Assembly (NCBI GenBank): GCA_964396385.1
Contig: CAYNFH010000002.1
Location: 1,047 to 65,046, forward strand
DNA from: an uncultured Chthonomonadaceae bacterium
Lineage (GTDB): Bacteria > Armatimonadota > Chthonomonadetes > Chthonomonadales > CAJBBX01
Direction: 5' to 3'
DNA: 64,000 nucleotides
Shown here one piece after another: positions 29,296-38,900 of this stretch. Each line of letters begins with the position of its first letter. Within the stretch, counting starts at the first letter, position 1. The notes under the pieces were generated by a model. The model was not told the origin of the DNA. It worked only from the letters and a program-made list of their open reading frames with translations, and made no database searches. Position numbers and translations under genes: made by a program.

Positions 29296-30927
29296 TCACG
29301 CCGTGTACCCGCACACCCAGAGCCGGCCGGCGTTGCCTGACGCGGCGCTGGTGGGGACGAGGCCGGGTGACAAGGGCAGTCGGGACTGGACCTCTCCGGC
29401 GGGAGTCAGGACCGCGATCTCCCGTGTCCGGGAGCAGGGCACGTAGAGCCTGCCCTCGGAATCGACCGACAGGCGACATTCGTCGAGGCCGGTAAGCGGC
29501 ACGGACCGAACAAACTGGCCGTTCACATCGAACTGCTCCACCATCCGGTCCCCTTCCCGTCGCGCCACGGCGTACACGTGGCCGGCAGAGTTCACGGTCA
29601 GGCCGAGGTAGTGCCAGCCGGGGTCCGGCCCCGTTATGGCGCCCGCCGGTGTGCCGTCCGGGTCCCAGATCCGTATTAAGCCGGGCGTGAAGTCGCCAGG
29701 TGCTCCATAGATGCGGCCATCTGGCCCTACGGAGACCTGGAAGTACCAGCCGTCTATGAACCGGCGCACCGTGGTGCCGCCGTCCTCGAACGCCAGGATC
29801 GCATTTGTCAGCCAGCCCGATGTCGCCAGGAGCCGCCCGTCCGCATGGAATGCAAGGCTCAGCGGGCCCACCAGCCGGATCCCGATCTCCGATCCGCCGG
29901 TGAACGTCCGGACGTACTCCCCACCCGGGGTGGACTCCGTAATTGCTCCGCGGCTAAGCCCGTCCTGCGGATGCAGGTCGTGCGCGACCAGGAGATTGCC
30001 GGGCTTGAAACCGTGCTCCGCGGCACGGTCCGGTACGACCGCGATGCTCCGCGCTGCCTCAATGACCTCCTGGCCGAACACGCGTAGGATGCGGCCATCT
30101 GGTCGCAGCTCGCATATCGCGCCGCGCGGCCACTCACGGGGCGCGTCGCCATGGACCTGCCGCTCCATCGCCGCGCTCACCATCAGCAAGAACAGACCAA
30201 GCGCGGCGATAGGTGCGGCCCGACCGGTCTTAATCGGCGGCCTCATCTCCAGCGCCGTGGCGCAGAACGCCCGCAAGGGCTGGACGCCGCGCTCGTGCCG
30301 GCGCGACCTCTCGAGCGACATATCCAGTCCGTCCGGGTCGTGGTACCCCAGCTCTCTGGCGCGGGCAGCCGCCTGGATGGGACCCCGCACGCCGAGCTTG
30401 CGGTAGATGTTCCCGACGTGGCGGTCCACCGTTCGCGGGGCGATGTCCAGGAGCACCGCAATGTCGGCGTGCGGTTTGCCGGACGTGAGTTGCCACAGCA
30501 CCTCGAGTTCGCGGCTGGACAGGAAAGGATGGCCCGCGCAGTCCGGCATCGGGGCCGGCCGCTCGCGCGGGAAGAGACTTCGAAAGAGAAACGCTAAGGC
30601 ATCGCCGCTACCGAGCGATTCAGGCAGGCCCAGGATCTGCTCTGCCAGCACGCCGCCGGAGCCCAGCAGCCCGCCGATGTCCTCCGCGATACGCAGGAGC
30701 GGCTGCAGGTCACCGGCCGGTTCCGGTGCGTCCAGCGGTTGAGCGTGCTGGACCTTGAGCGTGCCTGTGCCTACCACCGGCGCGGCGAGGGCCTCGGCGG
30801 CCAGCAGGATGGTGGTGAGCTGGCCGCGCTGCGCCGCCGTGGGGCCGGTGTAGGCGGGCGGTAGCTGCACCGGCTCGGAATCGGCTGGACGGGACTTCTG
30901 GGTGGAGCGCGTGTGACGCCTGCTCAT
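29296..30927 (-). CDS. Membrane-anchored LuxR/GerE-type HTH regulator with C-terminal NHL/beta-propeller domain
   Basis: HTH is LSSRELEVLWQLTSGKPHADIAVLLDIAPRTVDRHVGNIYRKLGV. There is a single hydrophobic segment, APIAALGLFLLMVSAAM. About 290 aa of propeller-like repeats follow (DGRLLATS, DGRIYGAP, AGHVYAVA, EGRLYVPC). Confidence 0.8.
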   Translation of the reverse strand: MSRRHTRSTQKSRPADSEPVQLPPAYTGPTAAQRGQLTTILLAAEALAAPVVGTGTLKVQHAQPLDAPEPAGDLQPLLRIAEDIGGLLGSGGVLAEQILGLPESLGSGDALAFLFRSLFPRERPAPMPDCAGHPFLSSRELEVLWQLTSGKPHADIAVLLDIAPRTVDRHVGNIYRKLGVRGPIQAAARARELGYHDPDGLDMSLERSRRHERGVQPLRAFCATALEMRPPIKTGRAAPIAALGLFLLMVSAAMERQVHGDAPREWPRGAICELRPDGRILRVFGQEVIEAARSIAVVPDRAAEHGFKPGNLLVAHDLHPQDGLSRGAITESTPGGEYVRTFTGGSEIGIRLVGPLSLAFHADGRLLATSGWLTNAILAFEDGGTTVRRFIDGWYFQVSVGPDGRIYGAPGDFTPGLIRIWDPDGTPAGAITGPDPGWHYLGLTVNSAGHVYAVARREGDRMVEQFDVNGQFVRSVPLTGLDECRLSVDSEGRLYVPCSRTREIAVLTPAGEVQSRLPLSPGLVPTSAASGNAGRLWVCGYTA

Positions 30928-30972
30928 CCGCTGGAGCTCCTTTGTCGTGGTCTCTTGAACAGGCGCAGCCTC

Positions 30973-31019
30973 ATTATCGTGCCCGGCCTGCGTTGCGTCA
31001 ATGGGTATTTACACCCATT
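30973..31019 (-). promoter_or_regulatory. Sigma70-type promoter TTGACG-17-GATAAT of the LuxR-type gene with perfect dyad AATGGGT-ATTTAC-ACCCATT
   Basis: -35 at 30996-31001, -10 at 30973-30978, dyad at 31000-31019. AAAGGAG SD and ATG 30927 follow after a ~39 nt leader. Confidence 0.65.
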
Positions 31020-31175
31020 TTTGTGGCGCTTGGCCGCGAATCCTGGCAGAACCGCGGCGCGGTTGACTTTTGCGCCGGGCGGCCCTAAGATTCCATGCAG
31101 GGCGGAGCCGAGACGGGAGGAAGCGCAGGGTGTCGAAGAGGGACGTCTACCACGAGGTATAGAAGAGGTCGCCGA

Positions 31176-31511
31176 ATGGATCGAATGAGGAACTATACGG
31201 CAATCGTACGAAGTGTCTTGCGAGAACTAGCGGATCGCTTTCCGCCTAACGACGACGTAACCGCCGAGCTCATACTGGATGATGCCGCCGGTCACTACGA
31301 GCTGATGCTCGTGGGATGGGAAGGTGATGACCGTGTCCACGGCTGCGTGGTTCACATGGACGTGCGCGATGGCAAGGTCTGGATCCAGCATGACGGAACG
31401 GAGGACGGCCTCGCGAGCGATCTGGTGGCCGGGGGCATTCCCAAGGACCACATCGTGCTCGCCGTCCACCCTTCCTACGAGCGACCCTACACGGGCCACG
31501 CCGTCGCCTGA
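31176..31511 (+). CDS. xisI: XisI family protein
   Basis: 111 aa starting at ATG 31176 (AGAAGAGG SD). YTAIVRSVLRELA...HYELMLVGWEGDDRVHGCVVHMDVRDGKVWIQHDGTEDG...LVAGGIPKDHIVLA is the XisI signature. Confidence 0.85.
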   Translation: MDRMRNYTAIVRSVLRELADRFPPNDDVTAELILDDAAGHYELMLVGWEGDDRVHGCVVHMDVRDGKVWIQHDGTEDGLASDLVAGGIPKDHIVLAVHPSYERPYTGHAVA

Positions 31512-31523
31512 AGCAGAGAGAAA

Positions 31524-31545
31524 GGGCGGCCCAACCGGGCCGCCC
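31524..31545. terminator. Bidirectional terminator hairpin between xisI and the giant operon
   Basis: GGGCGGCCC-AACC-GGGCCGCCC. T-rich runs follow on both strands (TCATATTT on plus, TTTCTCTCT on minus). Confidence 0.6.
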
Positions 31546-31555
31546 TCATATTTGC

Positions 31556-31584
31556 GATTCCTGAACCCCGAACCTTGAACCCTC
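31556..31584. repeat. Heptamer array GATTCC-(TGAACCC/CGAACCT)3 abutting the stop of the 613-aa ORF
   Basis: gattcctgaaccccgaaccttgaaccctc. Confidence 0.8.
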
Positions 31585-33425
31585 TATTGGAGCGGTATGG
31601 CGTCCGCGAAGACGAGGCGGCGCGTGGCCTCCGGGTTCGAGGGGCTCCAGCCGCCGTCTAGGACCTCGAACTCCTGGATCACCAGCCGGTAGTTGCTCTT
31701 GTCTCCGGGCAGCGTGATGTTTCCACGGTAGTTGGCGGGAGAGCCGCCGTCGTCCTTCAACTCGATTGGATCGATTCCCGCCGCCGGCACCCAGCCGATG
31801 GTTGGGCCGGTCTGCCCGGCCAGAGCGTTAGGCGCAGAGGCGCCGAGGTTTGCCGCCGTATTCGGTTGCTTGGTCTCGATGATCACCACCACCTCCGCCC
31901 GACCGCGCTTCGGCGTTTGAGAAACCACGCCGGTGAAGGTCACGGCCACCTGGTCTGCTGTGCCGCCCGGCACCGGCGCCAGCGTCACGCTTCGCTCCGG
32001 AGTGAGCTGGATAAAGTCCGCGCGCACCACCTTGGAGAGATGGCAGTCGTTCACCGCGTACGGCTGGTACCGCGCCAGCGCCAGCCGCACAAAGGGCGTG
32101 TACTGCTCCGGCATCTTGATCTCGATGTCGCAGTACCAGAGGTCCCGCGTGGGGTCGTACTTCACGTCGTGCGGCGCGATGTTCACCGCGAAGTTGTAGT
32201 TGTCCGCCAGCTCCGCAAGCGTGTACTTCGGCGCCTGCGGCAGAATGCCGGGGTTGATGCGGATGATACTGGTGGGAGCGGGCGACGGCTTGACCTGCAT
32301 AACGGTTGACCTCGGAATGGCCAGCCGCAGCAGCGGCTTCGACGCGGGGGCGGGCGCCGGAGCGGGCGCCGCAGGCTGCTTCATGAGCGTGACCGCCTTC
32401 ACCAGGGTCAGTACCAGCGGCGGCTTGTCGCCGGCAAGAGACTGGACCGCCAGCGGGAAGTCTCCCACCCCCAGCTCGGCGTTCCGCGCAGGAGCGGTGT
32501 TCCAAATCGGGTCCTTGCCCCAGAGCGTCACATACGGCTCCAGCGTGGGATTGACAGCGGCGGCCGGCAGCAGTCCCCCTGTGGGCGCCAGAAGTACCGC
32601 CAGCTTCTCGTCGTCGCCGGAGGAGTACCAGGGCCGATCCAGGTAGATTCGGAGCCCGCCTCCGGATCGCTTGGTGGCGTTGGCGCTGCGCTCCCACTTG
32701 AACTGCGGCACGATGTACAGCAGGCTCGGCGCGTCCGGCCGCTTGGAGCTCGGCACGTGCAGGTCCACCGTGGCGGAAGGCCTCTGAAAGTCCGTGGGCT
32801 GCAGGTTCTTATCGGCGAAGAACTGCGGATACCGGGTGGTTGCCACGCAGGAGTAGGTCACCTTCCGGTGCTTAGTGTCGTGGAACTCGTGTCGGAAGCC
32901 GTTGGCCGAGTCGGGAGGAAGCACAAGCTGCTTCTGACCGTAGAACACCTGGGTCTCAAATGCCACGGACTGTCCCGGCACCTGGAGCGGAGGCCCCGCG
33001 GCGCGCAGGTCCACCCACTCCGTCCACGTGCCGCCGATGTTAATCTTCTGCGTGCTGTTGCCGTGGACGTACAGGTTGTCATCGGCCAGGATGGCATATG
33101 TATCGCCCACCGCCCGTCCGGCCCGGAAGTTGGGGCCGAACTTGGGTGGATCGATGGGCTGCTGAACGGCGTGAACAATAGTAATCTGCCGGTAGGGCGT
33201 GAACATCCAGTGCTGGCCGGAGCCCGCCAACTGGCGGAGCTGGTCCATTCGAGGCGCCGCGATACCCTCCTCCAGCAGCCACCGGTAGAGCCCCATGCTG
33301 GTGACGGCATTCGGGTCCATTACGGAGCTGATCAGCACGTTCTCGTGCATCTCGCCCTTGGGTACGGAGACCGTCAGCACGCGGGCCGCCGGGTCCCACC
33401 TGGGCGGAGCCGAGCCCTCCACCAC
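31584..33425 (-). CDS. Giant-operon ORF3 (613 aa), uncharacterised; probably the C-terminal continuation of ORF2 across an in-frame TAG
   Basis: Complex, non-repetitive sequence with no SD before GTG 33425. It is in the same frame as ORF2, five sense codons after that ORF's TAG. Confidence 0.75.
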   Translation of the reverse strand: MVEGSAPPRWDPAARVLTVSVPKGEMHENVLISSVMDPNAVTSMGLYRWLLEEGIAAPRMDQLRQLAGSGQHWMFTPYRQITIVHAVQQPIDPPKFGPNFRAGRAVGDTYAILADDNLYVHGNSTQKINIGGTWTEWVDLRAAGPPLQVPGQSVAFETQVFYGQKQLVLPPDSANGFRHEFHDTKHRKVTYSCVATTRYPQFFADKNLQPTDFQRPSATVDLHVPSSKRPDAPSLLYIVPQFKWERSANATKRSGGGLRIYLDRPWYSSGDDEKLAVLLAPTGGLLPAAAVNPTLEPYVTLWGKDPIWNTAPARNAELGVGDFPLAVQSLAGDKPPLVLTLVKAVTLMKQPAAPAPAPAPASKPLLRLAIPRSTVMQVKPSPAPTSIIRINPGILPQAPKYTLAELADNYNFAVNIAPHDVKYDPTRDLWYCDIEIKMPEQYTPFVRLALARYQPYAVNDCHLSKVVRADFIQLTPERSVTLAPVPGGTADQVAVTFTGVVSQTPKRGRAEVVVIIETKQPNTAANLGASAPNALAGQTGPTIGWVPAAGIDPIELKDDGGSPANYRGNITLPGDKSNYRLVIQEFEVLDGGWSPSNPEATRRLVFADAIPLQ

Positions 33426-33440
33426 CTGGATCAGGAACGG

Positions 33441-35834
33441 CTACGCGTCGAACCAGATCGAAGCCGCATCGAAGGTCACCACCTGCACGGCCATCTGTGC
33501 TCCCGCCGGCAGGTTGCGCAGCGACACTCCGGTGACTATCGGGTCGGGAAGGTAAGGCAGGGCGGTGAGCTGGCCGGAAGGGATGATCACCGGCTTCTCA
33601 CCGCGCACCGGGTCCGCGGTCATCTTGCTCTTATCCAGGTCGCGCAGAGTGCCCTCATGGGTAGAGAGCACCGTGTAGGTCTTGTTGCCCTTGGAGTCCT
33701 GGAGCATGGTGTTCGGGCCATCGAACTTGCCGTACTGCTCCGCGGTCATCTGGTCCGATACGGGCGGTGTGACGTAACGGCGCGTGTCCGGCTCCAGCGT
33801 GGGCGTGTTGTAGTTGCTGCGGATCACGAGGGTATCGACCGATTCGGCCGGCTTCGGGTCCGCACAGTAGGTAAGGTCCGGCGAGCCCAGCGGGTTGTAC
33901 CGGCCGTACAGGTAGTCGCCCGTAGCCACATTGGCGGCGTTGGCCTGGGGCGAGTCCATGGCCAAAGTGTTGCCGGCCAGATCCACGATTCGGGCACGAA
34001 TGCGGTAGGTTGTGCCGTACCGCAGGCGAGGAAGGGATCCTGGGGGCACCGTAAAGGTGGGCACGACCTTTATGCCCGTTGAAGCTGTGTTGGCCGCCGG
34101 ATCGTACTTCGTCATCTGGCCCTTGTTGTCCAGGGACTTGCCGGGCCGCTCCACCGCCAGGCTCCAGCCGGTCCAGCGGATGATGGCGTCGTTGACGAAT
34201 AGCTCTTTGGTATTGGGGTCACTGGAAGCGGCGAGCTGAATGAAGCCTTCGTCCGTCACGCCGGAGATGGGTGGCGCGCTCGGGTCTATGAACTTGTAGG
34301 TGCCCGTGCGCTGGCATACGGAGTGCCACTTCTTGGTCTGATTGTCCCAAACGTCCACGGCGTAGCCGCGCACGAGGTCGGATGCATAAAGGATCTTTTC
34401 ACCGGCTACCGCGCTGGCGGGCTCGACCGCTCCGCCTATTCTCGGCCGAAGGAGCTGCCTGGCAGCCCCTGGCCGCACTGCGCCTGCGACCGGCGCCTCT
34501 ACGACGGCCGTTCGGAGAATGTTCCTGTTGCCGATGATGCCGGCCTCAAGCTCAAGCGCCCTCTTGAAACCGAAGTACGTGAACTTGGCCCGTTCGTTCT
34601 TCGTCACGGCCAGACCGGAAGCGTAGATCGCCGGAAGCCCCTGCTCGTCTACGGGCTCCTGGTTGGCCATCGCCAGGATGGCGGCCTTCTGCGAGACCTT
34701 CATCAACTGTGCGACTGTCGGGCTGAACGTCTGGACCTGGTCCGGCGAACAGAGCCCGTGCCTGACAGCCATGTCCCTAAACGCGATGGTCTGCCGCTCG
34801 GAGCGGAGCAACTTACGCTCCATCCGCCGCTGGAGCATGGTGCTAAACTCGATGAGGTTTAGCGCCGCCCCCTCCACGTCCAAACTGATGAGCTGATAGT
34901 TGGGAGGGCTCAGAACCAGCATCCCGCTCTTCACGTCGCTGCCCGCCGGGTCCGGCGCGGGCAGGAAGGCCGGCATCTCGATGGCGGTCTTGGGCGTCGT
35001 GTTCGTTGTTGCTGCGGGAGCGGTCACCTCCACGTTCACGGTGGAAGCCGCGGGCGCGGTTGGGGGAAGCGTAAACTCCAGGTCGATGACCAGTCCGACG
35101 CGGCGCATGATCACCGGCAGAGAGCCGAGAGAGGCTACCTGCTGATGGAAGTCGAGCACGGGCGGCGCTGGCTTCGGCGTTACTTTCCGGATGGCCGAGC
35201 CGGCCGATGCCTGGCGAACGAAGAAGCCCTTCACCGCCGCGAAATTCAGCCTGGCCGCATCGGCGTTGATCTGGCCGTTCTGCAGAATCGGCGTTTTGGC
35301 CATGAAGATGTTCTTCTGGACCGTGGTGTGGATCTCCGTGAACAGCTTTTCCTCGGGCGTAGGCTCACTGGGCGAGGCGTCCAGGCCGCCATAGTAGCCA
35401 ATGGGCGCCAGGTACGCCTGGGTGGTCAGGATTTCCGTGGGCGGGGGCGCCTCCGGGTGCTGTTCCGCCACCTGCGCGTACTGCTTGCGTATGAATCCGT
35501 GCACCTCGGCCACATCGTACGAATGGATGGGCTTGGCCGTGTTGTCCACGAAGTTGAAGGAGTTAACCGGCGTGCTGGCGGGGAACAGCGCCTTCCAGTA
35601 CTGGCTGCTGGGCTTGTCGCCCACCACCGTCGCCGGAGTCACGGTATTGCCGTAGCGCACCGTCCACTTCTGCGTAGCCAGCGTAGCCGGCCAGTCCAGA
35701 AAGCTGGGAAACTCCGCCAGCGTGGTTGTCTTCGCATTTCCGGTCAGCCGTGGTGAGACCAGGACCGAAACCTGGAGCTTACCGTTCTTAACGCCGTTCG
35801 GCACGGCCGTCCATATTATCGTCTGCGAGCTCAT
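33441..35834 (-). CDS. Giant-operon ORF2 (797 aa), uncharacterised, no signal peptide
   Basis: GGAG SD 6 nt before ATG 35834. N-terminus is MSSQTIIWTAVPNGVKNGKLQVSVLVSPRL; no catalytic motif recognised. Confidence 0.8.
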   Translation of the reverse strand: MSSQTIIWTAVPNGVKNGKLQVSVLVSPRLTGNAKTTTLAEFPSFLDWPATLATQKWTVRYGNTVTPATVVGDKPSSQYWKALFPASTPVNSFNFVDNTAKPIHSYDVAEVHGFIRKQYAQVAEQHPEAPPPTEILTTQAYLAPIGYYGGLDASPSEPTPEEKLFTEIHTTVQKNIFMAKTPILQNGQINADAARLNFAAVKGFFVRQASAGSAIRKVTPKPAPPVLDFHQQVASLGSLPVIMRRVGLVIDLEFTLPPTAPAASTVNVEVTAPAATTNTTPKTAIEMPAFLPAPDPAGSDVKSGMLVLSPPNYQLISLDVEGAALNLIEFSTMLQRRMERKLLRSERQTIAFRDMAVRHGLCSPDQVQTFSPTVAQLMKVSQKAAILAMANQEPVDEQGLPAIYASGLAVTKNERAKFTYFGFKRALELEAGIIGNRNILRTAVVEAPVAGAVRPGAARQLLRPRIGGAVEPASAVAGEKILYASDLVRGYAVDVWDNQTKKWHSVCQRTGTYKFIDPSAPPISGVTDEGFIQLAASSDPNTKELFVNDAIIRWTGWSLAVERPGKSLDNKGQMTKYDPAANTASTGIKVVPTFTVPPGSLPRLRYGTTYRIRARIVDLAGNTLAMDSPQANAANVATGDYLYGRYNPLGSPDLTYCADPKPAESVDTLVIRSNYNTPTLEPDTRRYVTPPVSDQMTAEQYGKFDGPNTMLQDSKGNKTYTVLSTHEGTLRDLDKSKMTADPVRGEKPVIIPSGQLTALPYLPDPIVTGVSLRNLPAGAQMAVQVVTFDAASIWFDA

Positions 35835-35864
35835 AGTTATCTCCGTTGAACAGCTCTACCACCT

Positions 35865-35927
35865 CCCCCAACCCCTCCTTGGTAAGGAGGGGGAACTCCC
35901 TCCCCTTCGCAAGGGGAGGGTTGGGGT
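35865..35927 (-). other. Intercistronic nested hairpins (possible three-way junction) built from CCCCTCC/GGAGGGG-type repeats
   Basis: Hairpin 1 is CCCCTCC-ttggtaa-GGAGGGG (35872-35892). Hairpin 2 is CCCTCCCC-ttcgcaa-GGGGAGGG (35898-35920). They are enclosed by CCCCAACC / GGTTGGGG. Confidence 0.6.
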
Positions 35928-35935
35928 GGGGTGTG

Positions 35936-38900
35936 CTACGCAAAAGCAAACGACGCGCAGTAGGCATCCCAGTCCGGCTCATCCACCTGATCGTGGAATT
36001 TGCCGGTGCCGCCCTGCGGCGCCTGGCCGAGAGCGAACCCCGTTGGGAGCGTGAGGCTGGCAAGCCTCCGGTCCTCCACCGGCAGCGCAGCCGTGTGGGC
36101 CGGCGAACCGGCGAAGGTCTTGGTATACGTGCATCCCACGGTGGCGCTGAAGAATAGGATGCTGATGTGGAACTCTATCTGCGCCGTGCCGGTGACGGAA
36201 CTGGAGTTGTCGACGTTCTGCACATACTCCAGTCCCAAGTACAGCTCAAGAGACAGGCTGATGATTCCCAGCACGCTCACGTACCCACCGGCCTGGAGGT
36301 AGCCCGTCAGGTCGGTCGGATGTCGGGTTACGTCTTTGCCGTGCGAGTCCTTCAACGGGGTCTTACCGTCTGCGGCGAGGACAGTCTCCGGCTTCTTCAG
36401 GCTATAGGTGAGACCTGCCTTGATGTAGACGCCACCGCTCGCGATGGTGATGTCGAAGTTGATCATCGCGCCGAACTGGAAGCCCGCGGTGAGCTCCTGG
36501 AGCTCGTGCACGTCCAGCAGCAAGTGGCACCAGCCTCCGCCGCCGAGCAGCCACACCGTTAACAGGAACGGGTCGCTCTGGGAGCAGAAGTCGAAGGCGA
36601 AGTTCACGGGATCGCCGGTGAATGGTATCCCGACGCCTGCCTTCACCTTGATGTTCTGGAGGCTGAACAGCCCCACGGAGATGGTGGGTATGCCCACCTT
36701 AACCCCGGCATAGATGCCGAGCGGGCTGGTGGTGGGATGGATGTCCGGTCCGATATCGAAGCCGCCTACATTGGGCATGGCGCACGCTGCGGGCAGCATG
36801 GTGTCTGTGTCGGCGTGGCCCCCGCCACCGGAACTGGAGCTGCTGCCCATTCCGGGGATGATGTCCTTCAGCTTATTCACGAAGGCCAGGGCGCCCATGA
36901 ACTTGATGCCGTCGTCCTTGATGCTGGGATCCGGCTTGAAGCTGCTTTCCGGCGACGAGGTGAACTTGAAGTAGTTGAAGTCGATCTCGATACAGCCGAA
37001 CAGCGCCATCTTGAATTCGTTGAGCTTGCCCTCCACGCTCCACGTAGGCGCGGGCGGTTTGGTGCCCGCCATGTCCTTGATGTTCTTGGCGATGTTCGCC
37101 GCCGCCTGGGTCGCGCTCAGGCTCGCGCTTGGGTTCGTGGGCGCGGCCGTGGGTTTGATCACCTCGATCTTGGCCTTGAGCGAAAAGCAGTTCTTCACGT
37201 CCTTGGGCACGAAGAGCGTGCTAGCCGCCGGTGGGTCGTCGGCATAATTCGCGCTCGGAGGGATCGCGATGATCTCCGGCGCCCAGTCCAGGATGATCTC
37301 TACCCCCGACTTCTTCTTGTTCTCCTCGCTGTCATCGTTGGGATACTCCACGGAGTGGATCTTGGGGACGTTCTTGCCGTCCCCGCCCACACCGCCCTTC
37401 ACGAGGTCCGCAAGCACCAGGCAGCCCAGGATGGCGCCGTTATTGGCAAAGAACTGCTTGGGGTCAAAGTTCCAGTCGGTGCCGTCACCGAAAGCACATT
37501 CACCAGGGCGAGCGTCGTCCCGTAACGCGATCTTGCCCGGTACGGCTCCCCCGACCGGCCCGTACTTGCGGGAGAGGGCCGTCATATTCATATTGGGCGA
37601 GCCCACTCCCCCGGTTTTGTCCCCGTTCGCGGCCATGCTGCCGTCGGGTTTCTGGCCGGAGAAGGTCACGTTTACCGGCGCGCCGGCCACCTGAACGTAC
37701 AGCTCGCTGGCGTTACCGGGGCCGAATCCGTTCTTGAGGAAGAGGTCCGGATAGTCCACGCTGGTTGCGTTGTTGAGGTCCGCGAAGGCCCGCAACGCCG
37801 GAACGTTCACCTCCGCCATCTCCAGCGCGGGATAGAACTGCACGCGGCCCGCGGCCACAGTCTGCGGAGGCTGCGCCTTCCAGGTGATGGACTCGGTCTC
37901 CAGCCGCGTGTCGCCCAGCTTCAGGCTGTCCGCGAATACAATCTTGGCCCCGTTTGTAGGACCGATGCGGCGCGCGGCATTCTCCGGTCTGTTATAGTCA
38001 AACATGATGCCCAGCAGGGGCATGGGGTTTCCCGATGGCAGGGCGAGGCTGGACTCTACCCAGCCCAACGGCATAGTGAACTGGGTCTGGTAGCCGTTGC
38101 GGTCGGTGCCGATGAGCACGAAGCGGAAGTCCTCGCCCCCAACGCGCGGCCAGAAGGCGTCCTGTCCGTGCCCGGCCAGGCTGTTCTTGGCGGGATCCCT
38201 GGTCGGATCGTCCAGCATGGGAGTGACCTTCGTGAGGATCTGCACGTCCGTGAACGGCGTGTTGCGCCCGCCGAACATCTGCAGGCCGTCCGGATAGCTC
38301 TTTTCCGGTTCCCGCACCACAATGAACATCCGCTGCCGGTTGACCGCTATCCGCTGGCTGTTCACGAGCACCACCTTGCGCTCCGTGATCTTCACGAGCG
38401 AAGCGCGGTGGCCAAACGGCATCAGGTAGCCTCGATACACCACCTTCACGAACTGGTCACGGCCCATTGTGGCGCGGTGCTGCCACTCCTCCACATCCAG
38501 GCCCTGCACTTCTTCCCAGTGTCCATCCAGCTCTATCCAGGCGCCGATGGAGGAGAGCATGAGCCGGTCCACCGGGATTGCCGACGGAGTCACCGGCTTG
38601 CCGGTAGGAGTTTTGAGGCCGGTGAAGTCCGAGGAGAGCCGCACTATCTCGTAACGGTCGTCCGCATCCAGCGACGTCCGGAACGGGTTTATGGCGTCTC
38701 CCGGATACATGTAGTGGCCCGGCTTGGCGGCGGTGTTGCTTGGACAATCCGGAGACCAGACCGCCCTCACCGTGCGGTAGTAGGCGTCACTCTCGTCCGG
38801 CTTGCCGTTGTTCATCACGGCGAGCCGGGTGTGCCACAACTCCGTCCTCCCGTCAAAGCTAATAGGAGCGGATGCGTGGCTCCAGCCTGAGCCGCCGTGA

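Noticed and set aside
31176-31511. xisI as a marker of a programmed excision element spanning the giant operon
   Set aside because: I could find no recombinase, no xisH and no flanking direct repeats in the window.
32757-34082. 441-aa plus-strand ORF
   Set aside because: It is antisense to ORF2/ORF3 of the giant operon, with shadow-ORF composition.
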